Shown: positions 26,760 through 36,011 of the stretch, piece after piece | How positions within the stretch are numbered: the stretch's first letter is position 1 | How the letters are laid out: every line of letters begins with the position of its first letter | Sequence record: ON529860.1 | Length of the DNA: 64,000 bases | Strand: one strand, 5' to 3' | Position numbers and translations under genes: made by a program | Notes under the pieces: generated by a model | Seen by the model: the letters and a program-made list of their open reading frames with translations, nothing else | What the model was told of the DNA's origin: nothing | Database searches by the model: none

Positions 26760-27860
26760 TTAGGCGACCGACCGGATGATTTCGAGAGTTTGCATGGTAG
26801 TCCGCACGGGGGCTGAGGGGAGTACGAGGAGGGTTTCAAGGGTCTGCATGGTGGTCCGCACGGGGGCTGCGCCACGGTGGTTGACCACTTCCACCGTCTG
26901 CATGGTGTTTCGCACGGGTTTGCGATCCGAAGGATAGGCATGGACGATCACATAGCCTGGGCCGCCGCGCGCGCCGTTGCCGTTGCTGCCGCCGGCGCCG
27001 CCTCCGCCTACCGCGCCGGGATAGTCCGTGTCGCTGGTCCCCGACGGCGAAGCGCCTGTGCCACCGCCGGCCGTGCCGTCCGCAAGCCGAAGCGATTCCC
27101 AGCGCGGGAAATAGGCCGATCCGCCGCCGCCTAGCACGATCTGGGTATTGGTGGTGAAGTTGGCCGCGCCGCCGCCATAGTAGCCCCCACCGCCGCCGCC
27201 GCCGCCCCTTGTGAACGTCTCCGACTGCACCGTGAAGCGATTGCCCGTTTTCCAGGCGCGGCCGCCGCGCAGGTAGCCGCCTTGAGATTCCGGGTTATTA
27301 GGGACCGAGGCGAGATCGCCCCGTCCACCCGTCGTCTGAGACCCACCGAGCGCGTTGTAGACCGTCAAATACTCAGAGCCGGCCACCAGTCCACCGCCGC
27401 GACCGGTCGCGCCCAGACCGCTGTATCCGCCGCCGCCGCCACCACCCGCCACGGCCCGCAACACACCATTGATGTAGACGCGCGACGAACCGCCGCCGCC
27501 GCCGCCGGCGTAAACGTTGGTGCCGGCGGCGCCGTCGCCCCCGTCCGGCCAGCCTCCGGCTCCGCCTTCACGCGGCGTCTGCAAACCGGGTCCGCCTGAA
27601 CCGCCGACCTGGATGAGGACCACGTCACCCGGAACGACTGGAAGGCTGATGGCGGTGAAGCCGCAGCCGCCGCCAGCGTTGAAGGACCCGCCGCCGCCGC
27701 CGCCGCCCCATAGCTTCAACCCCAACAGGTCGCATCCCGCCGGAACGACGCGGGTGAGGTTGATCCCCGTGTAGGGATAGGCGTTGAGCCCCAGGGTCAG
27801 AGGCTCGCCCGCAGAGGCACCGGACCGACGTGCGGCGGCGTAAAAACCGGGGATGATCAT
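26760..27860 (-). CDS. Glycine-rich tail-associated protein with C-terminal repeats
   Basis: GGGGGG tracts typical of phage glycine-rich domains, plus three PVRxTMQTxE repeats. Confidence 0.7.
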   Translation of the reverse strand: MIIPGFYAAARRSGASAGEPLTLGLNAYPYTGINLTRVVPAGCDLLGLKLWGGGGGGGSFNAGGGCGFTAISLPVVPGDVVLIQVGGSGGPGLQTPREGGAGGWPDGGDGAAGTNVYAGGGGGGSSRVYINGVLRAVAGGGGGGGYSGLGATGRGGGLVAGSEYLTVYNALGGSQTTGGRGDLASVPNNPESQGGYLRGGRAWKTGNRFTVQSETFTRGGGGGGGGYYGGGAANFTTNTQIVLGGGGSAYFPRWESLRLADGTAGGGTGASPSGTSDTDYPGAVGGGGAGGSNGNGARGGPGYVIVHAYPSDRKPVRNTMQTVEVVNHRGAAPVRTTMQTLETLLVLPSAPVRTTMQTLEIIRSVA

Positions 27861-30800
27861 CAGACCGACCCCAGGTCGCCGAACAGGGTCCAGACATCGG
27901 TATCGGTCTTCAACAGAGACGCGACAGAATGCTTCTTGCGCAGGTCGGTCGTCACATCGTCAGGATACTCCAGCGTCACCCCGGAGCCAGCCAGGACGGT
28001 CACCGTGCCGTCGCCCGCACGTTGCAGGGACACAGAGGCTCCGATCGGGAAGGCCACGGCGCTGTTGGGCGGCACCGTCACGACGCTCGGCGAGGCCGAG
28101 TCGATCTTGCGGTGACCTTGACGATCCGCCAAGGTCAGGGTGTAGCTGGTGGTTGCGCTGACCGCGATCGTCAGCAAGTCCTGCCGCTGCGGCGCCTGGG
28201 ACTCCCACATGCCGTTCTTGAACGTCAGCAGGTGGCCGTCGGCGGGCGTCATCCCCGTCTTGACGTTCGTCAACTCGGACAGCGCCAGGCCAGGATTGTA
28301 ACGCGCCCAGTCCCCGGCGCCCGCCGCGCTCAGCATGATCGCGGCGTAGCCCGCATGAGTCGGCGAGGTGAACGTGGCGTCCGGAGAGATCGCCGTGTTC
28401 GGCGCGACCACGGCGCTGGCGGTCGCATAGCTGCGGTTGGCGCTGGCCGAGGGCAGGCTGCCTTGAGCCAACTGGGTCCAGGGGGCGTCAGCCGTCGCCG
28501 CCGTGGTGGACTCTCGGCCGACGTACAGGGACAAGGCCAGGGCCGAAGCGGCGCCGCTGGTCATGGCGGCGCCCGTCCAGGACGGCGCGCTGGTGTAGGT
28601 GGGATCGCTGGCCCACGACACCGCGACAATACCGTCGATGCCGCTCGTCAATCCCGCGATCTCATAGACGGCAAGGGCGCCGGCGGCGATCACCGAGGGG
28701 GACGAAGCCGTCACGAACGGCGACAACGAAGCCGTGTCGCCCGACACCTGTCGATAGGCGATGGCGGGGCGGATGCGATCCCCGGTAGCGGGCGCGCCCG
28801 GCAGCATGGTCCAGCCCGTGTTGGCCGTCGGGGTCGTCTGGTCGCTCATCAAGGCGATCAGCCAGTTCCCTGCTTGAGGCGTGGCCGGCAGGGTGACGGA
28901 CGGCACGAAGGCGGTCGCCGTGGAGTAGACCCCGATCAAGGCCTGCTGGACGATCTCCGGCGCGGCGAGCGGGACACCCTGTTGATAGATTTTCCCCGTG
29001 CTCTCGTCGACATAGAGAGAGGAGGCCGGCTTGGCCGCCGTCGGGACCCCGGACCCCGAGCCGATTTGCGCCTGGTCCAGGAACAGACGTGCGTCACGCG
29101 ACGGTTCGGACGTCCATTCGCCGTCCCGGTAGGTCAGCACCTCGCCTTGAGCCGGCGCGCCCAGGTTGACGTCCGTCAGTTCGCCCAGGGCCGGCACGCC
29201 GCCCGACGAGGCGGGCAGGTTATGGGCGCCCCAGACCCCATCCTTATAGGTCAGGACCTGATCGGCGAGCGGCGCCGAGGCGAAGTCGACGTCGGTCAAT
29301 TCATCCAGAACGACGGGCAGGGCGCGCCATTCATCGCCCGTTCCCGGCGTTTCAGTCGTCCCCTCCAGCAGGCAGAGGTAGAGCACGCCATCGTGATAGA
29401 CGGTGTCTCCCGACAGGTAGGGACGGGTCGAAAAGACGGTGTTGCAGCGAATATAACTGATCCGCACGTCGTCCGAACCGCCGACGAAGTTGCCGTCTTT
29501 CGAGTAGCGCAGCCGGATGGCGTGCGTGCCCGGCGACAACGTCGTCGTGAAGGTCTTGAACGGGTTCGCCGGTCCGCCGTCAGACAGCACCTGAGTGCCG
29601 TCAACGAAGACACGGAAGACGTCGGACGCCGTGCTCTCGCTTTGCACCCGATAGCGGATCACGAGATCGGGATGCGCGGCATCCGCCTCGACCGTGAAGG
29701 TGAACTCCGTCGCCCCATTGTGCGGAATGACCGGAGACTTCAGGACCTTGGTGTAGGGCGCGTCCTCCTGAGCGACGACCGCCCAGCCTGCCGAGTAGGC
29801 GTTGGCGAACAACGCCGGGGGCGTGGCCTCGAAATCGTAGGTTACATAGTCGGAGGCGACGCCGAACTCGCCGCGATGCTGCGGCACCGAAGTGCCGCCG
29901 AAGGGCAGGAACTCCAGCCCCTGACCATCTTCGCGCACGCCGACGACCTTGCCGCCGTGCCCCGTATAGGTGTCCGGGGTGTCGATCAGGCGGTTGAACG
30001 CAATACGGTCGGTCGATCCGATGTTGAAGGTGGTGACGGCCGCCCAGCCGTTCGCCGTTCCGCCTGAGTAGGCGGTGGTCCAGGTCGTCCCGTCGTCGGA
30101 ATACTGCACATCCCACGAAATCGCCCCCGTCCGCGTGCTCGACGTCGTCATGGCGACGTAGCCGATCTCGACCGGCTCGACGAAGTCATAGCGCAGCCAT
30201 GATCCCTCGCTGGCGTTGAAGGTCGACTGCCAGGCGGTCGCGGGGTCGGCGTCGAAAGCCTTGTCGGCGGACCACGTACTGCCTCGGGACGAACTGGCGG
30301 ACGCCGTTCCGCCCGTCGCCAACTGCGGGCCGCCCGCGACCTTGGTCATCACCACATCGCGCACGGTGATGTAGTCCGCCACCGCCGTGTGATAGAGGAT
30401 GCGCCAGCGCGCGTGTGCGCCGAAAGACAGCATGGGCTTGATGCCGACCGGGGCCGCCTTCCAGGCGCCGCCTTGATAGGTCAGGACGTGTTCCGGCGGG
30501 GTGCCCGTGACGGTCAAATCGACGTCGGTAAGATCGTCCAGTTGCTGCACCGGAGACACATATTCCAAGGCCGTGCCGGTGGCGTTGACCCGAACGGCCT
30601 TGCCCGGCTGAGCGCTCATAGGGCCAGGGCCGTCGCCCAGTCGAGCGAACAGTTCCGTCGACAGAGACGGCGCGAGTTCAAGAACCGCGCCGGCGGTCCA
30701 CGGCGGTTGCACCGTCGTCCAGGCGGTCGTCCAGGTCGTGCCGTTGTCGTCCGAATACTGGACGGCGATCGTCGTCGGGGTCGTTCTCGCCGTATGCGGG

Positions 30801-33800
30801 GTCAGTGTCACATGACCCACGGCCACTGGCGCGGCGAAGGCGTAGCGCAGCCAGGAGCCTTCGTTCGCGCCCGAACCGTTCTGCCAGTAGGTCGCCGGAT
30901 TGTTGTCGAAGGCGTTGGCCGCGTTGTTGCTCAGCCACGTCGTGGACGCAGTCGCCGTTCCGCCGACCGCCAACTGCGGACCCCCGATCGCGGCGCACAT
31001 CACGACTTCGCGGGCCGTGATGAACTGACCGGCGGTCGTGGCGTAATAGACCAGGCGCCAGTCCTTGTGCGCGCCGTAGGTGGGCTTGGACGATTCGGAG
31101 GTCCAGGCCCCCCCGCGATACGTCAACCGGTCGCCCGCTTGCGGGGCTCCAGCAGAGAAATCGACGTCGTCCAGTTGCGCGAGGTTCTGTGCGCCGCCTT
31201 CCCCCTCAGTGAGGAAGCGTTTCCAGGTCGGCTCCAGGTTTTCACCGTAGAGATGCTCGGCGTCGAAGTAGATCACCGCATAGGCCCACAACGGAGACCC
31301 TGCGCCCAGGGACGCCGTCAGGGTGGCGTCGCTGCTCGGCGTGAACGCGCCCGCCCCCGCGACCGCCATCGCTTGAGCGGCGTCGCTGTCCGTGACCGTC
31401 GTCAGCCCGTATTCTCCCGAAAGGGAGCCGGCGGTCGTCCCGCCCTTCTCGAACAGGGCGCCGATGGCGAAGGTATAGGGGCTCGTCGCGGGGGCCGTAT
31501 AGGCGGCGGCGGAGAAGGCGCCCGAGGCGGACCCTGCCATGAAGGCCGTCTGATAGAAGTCCCCCCAGGCGGCGCCCAGGCCGGACACCTCATGCACCGC
31601 GAAGGCGTCTTCGGGGCTGGCGGCGGCCGTGATCGGCAGCGGATGGGCCTCCGATCCGTCGATCTTCCGATAGGCGACCGTAACGTTGATGTCGGTCCCC
31701 GGCGCCGAATCAACGACCGTCCAGATCGAATCCAGCGTCACCGGACCAGCGGTGCCCGCCGCATAGAACAGGACCAGCCAGTTGTCGGTCTGGATTTGTT
31801 CGTAGTTCCAGGTCAACGGTCCCGCGTTGGGCGAGACAAAGCCCCAGGACTGTTCGAACTTGGGGGCCAGGCGCGGCGTGGCGCGCGACACGTAAAGGTC
31901 GCCGGGGTCGTGACGCATGTAGAGCGAACCGGAGGCTTCGCCCCAGTCCGGCGCCCCGGAGCCCGATTCAATCCGACGGCCATCATAGATATAGATGGGG
32001 TATTCGCCGCCGGGACCCGTGCCGCCGTCCGGCGTGCGGGCCTCCCAGTAACCGCTGCCCTCAACCCCGGTGTCGATCCAGGTCAAGACCTGGCCGTTGG
32101 AGGGATAGGGCGGCTGGCGCACGTCATCCAGCATGCTCAGGCGCATCCGGCGCGAGCGCCACACGCCACCGACGTCGGGAACGTTGACGTAGGTCAGCAC
32201 CTCGCCGAACACCGGCGAAGGCTCCGTCAGATCGACATCGTCGAGGTCGTTCAGGGTCAGCGGGACCGCCGTGGGATTCTCCGCCTGCCAGACGCCGTCC
32301 TTGAAGGTCAGCAGTTGTCCCGCCGTCGGCGGCGTGTCGAACTCGACGTCCGTCAGGTCATTGAGGACCTGCGGCACCGTCGGCGGCGTGACGAACTCCA
32401 GTCCGCTGGCGTCGGCCTTGACCTGAACCTGCTTGCCGCCCTGGCCCACATAGGTGTCGGGGGTGTCGGCATCGTCAAGGAAGCTGGTGGTCAGTCCGGG
32501 CCGCGTATAGACTCGGGTCTGCGACGCCGTCCAGCCGGTCTGATTCGTCGCACCCCAGGCCTCGAACCACGACGCACCGTCGTCGGAATACTGGACCCGG
32601 AAGACTTCAGGCGAGTAGTTGGGCGCCCAGCCGGCGACGGACGAGGCGGTGAGGGTGATTTCCTGAAGCGAGACCGGAGCCGCGAAGTGATAACCGATCC
32701 AGGCGTCCGGCAGATAGGCGGTCCAGATGTCGCCGGTCGTGCCGTCGAAGGCGCCGTTGGTGTTGCCGCCCGTGCCGATCGCCGTCCCGCCGGTCGCCAT
32801 CTGAGGCCCGCCCGGCACGCCGCGCATCACCACTTCGGCCACGACGACGGTGGTCGTGCCGGGGTAGGCGGCGGTGTCGTCCACCACCACGCGCCAGTAG
32901 GCGTGTCGACCGTAATCGCCCGGCGACGCCAGTGGCACCCATTTGCCGGCCCGACGGCCCAAGAGGTCTCCGTCTTGCTGTCCGGTGGTGTCGGCGTCCG
33001 TCAGGTCGTTCAGCGCCAGTTCGGTGTCGCCCGTCGCATCCTTGGCCGACCACTCCCCGTCGGTGTAGGTCAACACCTGGCCGTTGACCGGAGCCGGGTT
33101 CATGTTGACGTCGGAGAGTTCGCCCAGGGTCGAGGCCGGCGGCGTGAAGGGGACGTATTCCAGCTTGGTGCCGTCTTCGTTGACGCGCACGATCTTGCCG
33201 GCGTGGCTCGTCATGGCCCCCGGCGAATCCGAAAGCTGGGCGAACGAAAGCTTCGCCCGCGTCGGCACGGTCTCCATCACCTCCGCCGCCGTCCAGCCGA
33301 AGGAGCGTTCTTCGCTCCAGGCGGTGATCCAGGTCACCCCGGCGTCATCCGAGAACTGGACGTCCCAGGAGACCGGCAGTTGGCGCAGGGACGCCGGCGT
33401 CAGCGTGATCGCGTTGACTTCGACAGGATCAATGAAGGTGTATCGCAGCCAGGCCTTGTCGGCGGCGACAGCGGGCGCGCGCCAGTAGGTGGCGGGGTCG
33501 GCGTCGAAGGCCTTGTCAGCCGCCCAGTCGGGCATGGTCTCGGCGTTGGAGGTCGGAATGCCGCCTTCCGCCAGTTGCGGCAGGCCCGCGCCCGCGCGCA
33601 TGACCACTTCAGTGATTTCCATCACCTGGTCGGTCGAGGTCCGGAAGTAGAGCCGCCAGTCGCGGTGCTCGCCGAAGCGGAGGCCCTCGCCCGCGATGGG
33701 CTGGGCCGGGGCGTAAATCCAGGAGCCGTCCCAGTAGGTCAGCAGATCGCCGTTCAGCGGCGTTCCGGCCGAGAAGTCGACGTCGGTCAGATCATCCAGG

Positions 33801-35524
33801 GATTGCGGGATCGCGGCGGCCACCGAGGGCTGCGGCGTCCAGAACCCACCCTTGTAGGTCAGGACATAGTCCTCGGTCGGCGCCGGGGTCTCGTAGAGGA
33901 CGTCCGTCAACTCTTCGAGGCGAGTCGCACCGCCGCCGGTCGCCGGCACAGGCTCCGAGCCCCAGACGCCGTCCCGATAGGTCAGCACCTCGCCCGGTGC
34001 CGGATCGACGATGGTGACGTCGGTCAGTTGGTCGAGGGTGGTCGCGCCGCCGCCGCCGCCCGAGGGGGCGGGCACGAAGATCAGTCCCGTGCCCGCCGGG
34101 TTGACGGCGACGAACTTGTTCTGGGCGTTCTGGTAATTGGCGGGAGTGTCGGTCAGACCGATAAAGGCGACGTCCACCGCGTTGAGGACGTATTCGAAGC
34201 CATCCTCGTTGCCGTTGACGCGAACGAAGCGTCCTCCGGCGCCGGCCATGGAGGCGACGCCGACCATTTCGGTGATCGAGGGCCGCACATACTCCAGCGC
34301 CGTGCCGTTGGCGTTGACGCGCAGATAGCGCAGGGCGGACGCCGCCGCCATGGCGCCGGGACCGTCCGAGAGGTCCGCCAACTTCAGGCGACCGAAAACC
34401 ATGCCGCTCTGGGCCGAGTTGACCCGCAGCACCATGCCCGCCGCGTCCGTGTAGACGTTGGGGGTGTCCGAGAGTTCAGTCAGACGCAGGGAGCCGAAGA
34501 TCAGTCGGTCTTCATCCGGACCGACGCGCGCCATTCTGCCGGCCTGGCCCGTGAAGCTGTTCGGCGTATCCAACAGTTCGGTGAAATTGACGGGGCCGCC
34601 GGTCCCCGGCGCATACTCCCAGCCCGTGCCGGCGGCGTTGACGCGCAGATAGGTGAGGGCGTCGCCGAAGTCGGGGGCGCCGGGTCCGTCCGTCAGATCA
34701 GCGACCTTCGGCATGCCGAACTGGACGCCGTTGTTGGTCGCATTGACCAGGAGGTATTTGCCGGCCTGGCCGGCGTAGGAGTTCGGGAAGTCCGAGTTCT
34801 CGCGCAGGTAGGGCGTGGCGTAGGTCAGGCCCGTGCCGTTGGCGTTGACCACGACGTGCCGGTTCGCGGCGCCAGTGTAGCTGTTGGGAGTGTCGTCCAG
34901 ATCAACGAAAGAATTGACGTTGGCGGCCGAGGAGACGAACTCCAGGCGCGTGCCGGCGGCGTTGACCGCCACCAGGCTGCCCGCGTTGCCCGCGAGCGTG
35001 CTCGGCGTGTCCGTCAACTGGGCGAACGACATCGCCAGCGTCCACGGATTCCAGGTATTGGTAGCGGCGCTGTAGCGCAGCAGTTGGCCGTCGGTCGGCA
35101 GGCCCGACACGTCGGACAGATCGCGCAGCAGTCCCATGCCCGAAATCGGGTCCGGCACCACGAAACGCACATCGTTTCCGTCCGACACCACCAGGCCGAT
35201 CCGGTTGGCGGGCAGTTCCGCCGACAGACCCGTGCCAGCGACCTTGACCACGACCGAGGCCGTGCCCTGGTTTTCGATGGCGAACCAACGGGGCGTCGCC
35301 GGGACCGTCACCGTCCGCGCCGCCGTATGTCCGGCGAACTGAAGCAGGAAATACTTGGTGAACTGATCGGTGTTGAGGGTGACGTCGCCCGCCGCCAGCG
35401 ACACCGACAGCGTATCGTTCATCGCCGCTTCGAGAATGGCGATCGCGGTGTTGATCGTCGCCTCCTTCTGCTCCTGGTTGGCGGCGACCTGGGGCAGGTG
35501 GAGAATCGGGGTGTAGTCGGTCAT
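27860..35524 (-). CDS. Giant (2554 aa) tail fibre / receptor-binding protein
   Basis: DUF2793-like N-terminus (TPILHLPQVAANQEQKEATIN), many L-x2-L-x-DV spacer repeats, four discoidin/F5-8C-like modules and a CBM5/12-like motif. Confidence 0.85.
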   Translation of the reverse strand: MTDYTPILHLPQVAANQEQKEATINTAIAILEAAMNDTLSVSLAAGDVTLNTDQFTKYFLLQFAGHTAARTVTVPATPRWFAIENQGTASVVVKVAGTGLSAELPANRIGLVVSDGNDVRFVVPDPISGMGLLRDLSDVSGLPTDGQLLRYSAATNTWNPWTLAMSFAQLTDTPSTLAGNAGSLVAVNAAGTRLEFVSSAANVNSFVDLDDTPNSYTGAANRHVVVNANGTGLTYATPYLRENSDFPNSYAGQAGKYLLVNATNNGVQFGMPKVADLTDGPGAPDFGDALTYLRVNAAGTGWEYAPGTGGPVNFTELLDTPNSFTGQAGRMARVGPDEDRLIFGSLRLTELSDTPNVYTDAAGMVLRVNSAQSGMVFGRLKLADLSDGPGAMAAASALRYLRVNANGTALEYVRPSITEMVGVASMAGAGGRFVRVNGNEDGFEYVLNAVDVAFIGLTDTPANYQNAQNKFVAVNPAGTGLIFVPAPSGGGGGATTLDQLTDVTIVDPAPGEVLTYRDGVWGSEPVPATGGGATRLEELTDVLYETPAPTEDYVLTYKGGFWTPQPSVAAAIPQSLDDLTDVDFSAGTPLNGDLLTYWDGSWIYAPAQPIAGEGLRFGEHRDWRLYFRTSTDQVMEITEVVMRAGAGLPQLAEGGIPTSNAETMPDWAADKAFDADPATYWRAPAVAADKAWLRYTFIDPVEVNAITLTPASLRQLPVSWDVQFSDDAGVTWITAWSEERSFGWTAAEVMETVPTRAKLSFAQLSDSPGAMTSHAGKIVRVNEDGTKLEYVPFTPPASTLGELSDVNMNPAPVNGQVLTYTDGEWSAKDATGDTELALNDLTDADTTGQQDGDLLGRRAGKWVPLASPGDYGRHAYWRVVVDDTAAYPGTTTVVVAEVVMRGVPGGPQMATGGTAIGTGGNTNGAFDGTTGDIWTAYLPDAWIGYHFAAPVSLQEITLTASSVAGWAPNYSPEVFRVQYSDDGASWFEAWGATNQTGWTASQTRVYTRPGLTTSFLDDADTPDTYVGQGGKQVQVKADASGLEFVTPPTVPQVLNDLTDVEFDTPPTAGQLLTFKDGVWQAENPTAVPLTLNDLDDVDLTEPSPVFGEVLTYVNVPDVGGVWRSRRMRLSMLDDVRQPPYPSNGQVLTWIDTGVEGSGYWEARTPDGGTGPGGEYPIYIYDGRRIESGSGAPDWGEASGSLYMRHDPGDLYVSRATPRLAPKFEQSWGFVSPNAGPLTWNYEQIQTDNWLVLFYAAGTAGPVTLDSIWTVVDSAPGTDINVTVAYRKIDGSEAHPLPITAAASPEDAFAVHEVSGLGAAWGDFYQTAFMAGSASGAFSAAAYTAPATSPYTFAIGALFEKGGTTAGSLSGEYGLTTVTDSDAAQAMAVAGAGAFTPSSDATLTASLGAGSPLWAYAVIYFDAEHLYGENLEPTWKRFLTEGEGGAQNLAQLDDVDFSAGAPQAGDRLTYRGGAWTSESSKPTYGAHKDWRLVYYATTAGQFITAREVVMCAAIGGPQLAVGGTATASTTWLSNNAANAFDNNPATYWQNGSGANEGSWLRYAFAAPVAVGHVTLTPHTARTTPTTIAVQYSDDNGTTWTTAWTTVQPPWTAGAVLELAPSLSTELFARLGDGPGPMSAQPGKAVRVNATGTALEYVSPVQQLDDLTDVDLTVTGTPPEHVLTYQGGAWKAAPVGIKPMLSFGAHARWRILYHTAVADYITVRDVVMTKVAGGPQLATGGTASASSSRGSTWSADKAFDADPATAWQSTFNASEGSWLRYDFVEPVEIGYVAMTTSSTRTGAISWDVQYSDDGTTWTTAYSGGTANGWAAVTTFNIGSTDRIAFNRLIDTPDTYTGHGGKVVGVREDGQGLEFLPFGGTSVPQHRGEFGVASDYVTYDFEATPPALFANAYSAGWAVVAQEDAPYTKVLKSPVIPHNGATEFTFTVEADAAHPDLVIRYRVQSESTASDVFRVFVDGTQVLSDGGPANPFKTFTTTLSPGTHAIRLRYSKDGNFVGGSDDVRISYIRCNTVFSTRPYLSGDTVYHDGVLYLCLLEGTTETPGTGDEWRALPVVLDELTDVDFASAPLADQVLTYKDGVWGAHNLPASSGGVPALGELTDVNLGAPAQGEVLTYRDGEWTSEPSRDARLFLDQAQIGSGSGVPTAAKPASSLYVDESTGKIYQQGVPLAAPEIVQQALIGVYSTATAFVPSVTLPATPQAGNWLIALMSDQTTPTANTGWTMLPGAPATGDRIRPAIAYRQVSGDTASLSPFVTASSPSVIAAGALAVYEIAGLTSGIDGIVAVSWASDPTYTSAPSWTGAAMTSGAASALALSLYVGRESTTAATADAPWTQLAQGSLPSASANRSYATASAVVAPNTAISPDATFTSPTHAGYAAIMLSAAGAGDWARYNPGLALSELTNVKTGMTPADGHLLTFKNGMWESQAPQRQDLLTIAVSATTSYTLTLADRQGHRKIDSASPSVVTVPPNSAVAFPIGASVSLQRAGDGTVTVLAGSGVTLEYPDDVTTDLRKKHSVASLLKTDTDVWTLFGDLGSV

Positions 35525-35558
35525 TGAGGCGTCGCCGGTGAGCAGGCTGGAAGAGGGG

Positions 35559-35930
35559 TCAGGCGGTCAGCAGGAAGACGTCGACGCCGTCCGAGACCAC
35601 GAGACGGCGTGCGCCGGCCGGGAGAGCGACCGACGCGCCCGTCGGCGAGCATTGCAGGGTCAGCGCCCCCGTTCCCTCGTTGGAGGCGGCGAAAAAGCGG
35701 GGCGTCGCCGGAAGGGTGACGACGAGCGGGACGGCGTGACCGCTGAAGCGCAGATGGAAGGCGCGCGTGAACTCCGCCTTGGTGAGGGTCTTGGGAACCG
35801 TCGTCAGGGCGATGACGCGCTGCGCGTTGGCGGCCTGCTCCAACACCGCCACCGCCGTGTTGATCGTCGTCTCTTTTTGGTTCTGGTTGGGGCTGACCTG
35901 GATGATGTCCAGGATCGGGGAGTTCGCCAT
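35559..35930 (-). CDS. Small DUF2793-like paralog of the fibre N-terminus
   Basis: SPILDIIQVSPNQNQKETTINTA...LPATPRFFA closely parallels the first ~130 aa of the giant fibre. Confidence 0.8.
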   Translation of the reverse strand: MANSPILDIIQVSPNQNQKETTINTAVAVLEQAANAQRVIALTTVPKTLTKAEFTRAFHLRFSGHAVPLVVTLPATPRFFAASNEGTGALTLQCSPTGASVALPAGARRLVVSDGVDVFLLTA

Positions 35931-36011
35931 CTATCGTCCATGCCGAATCCGGCCGTCGTGACTGGACAGCGCGGGGCGCCGGTCAATCCCGGCGCGATTA
36001 CAGAAGGGGTC

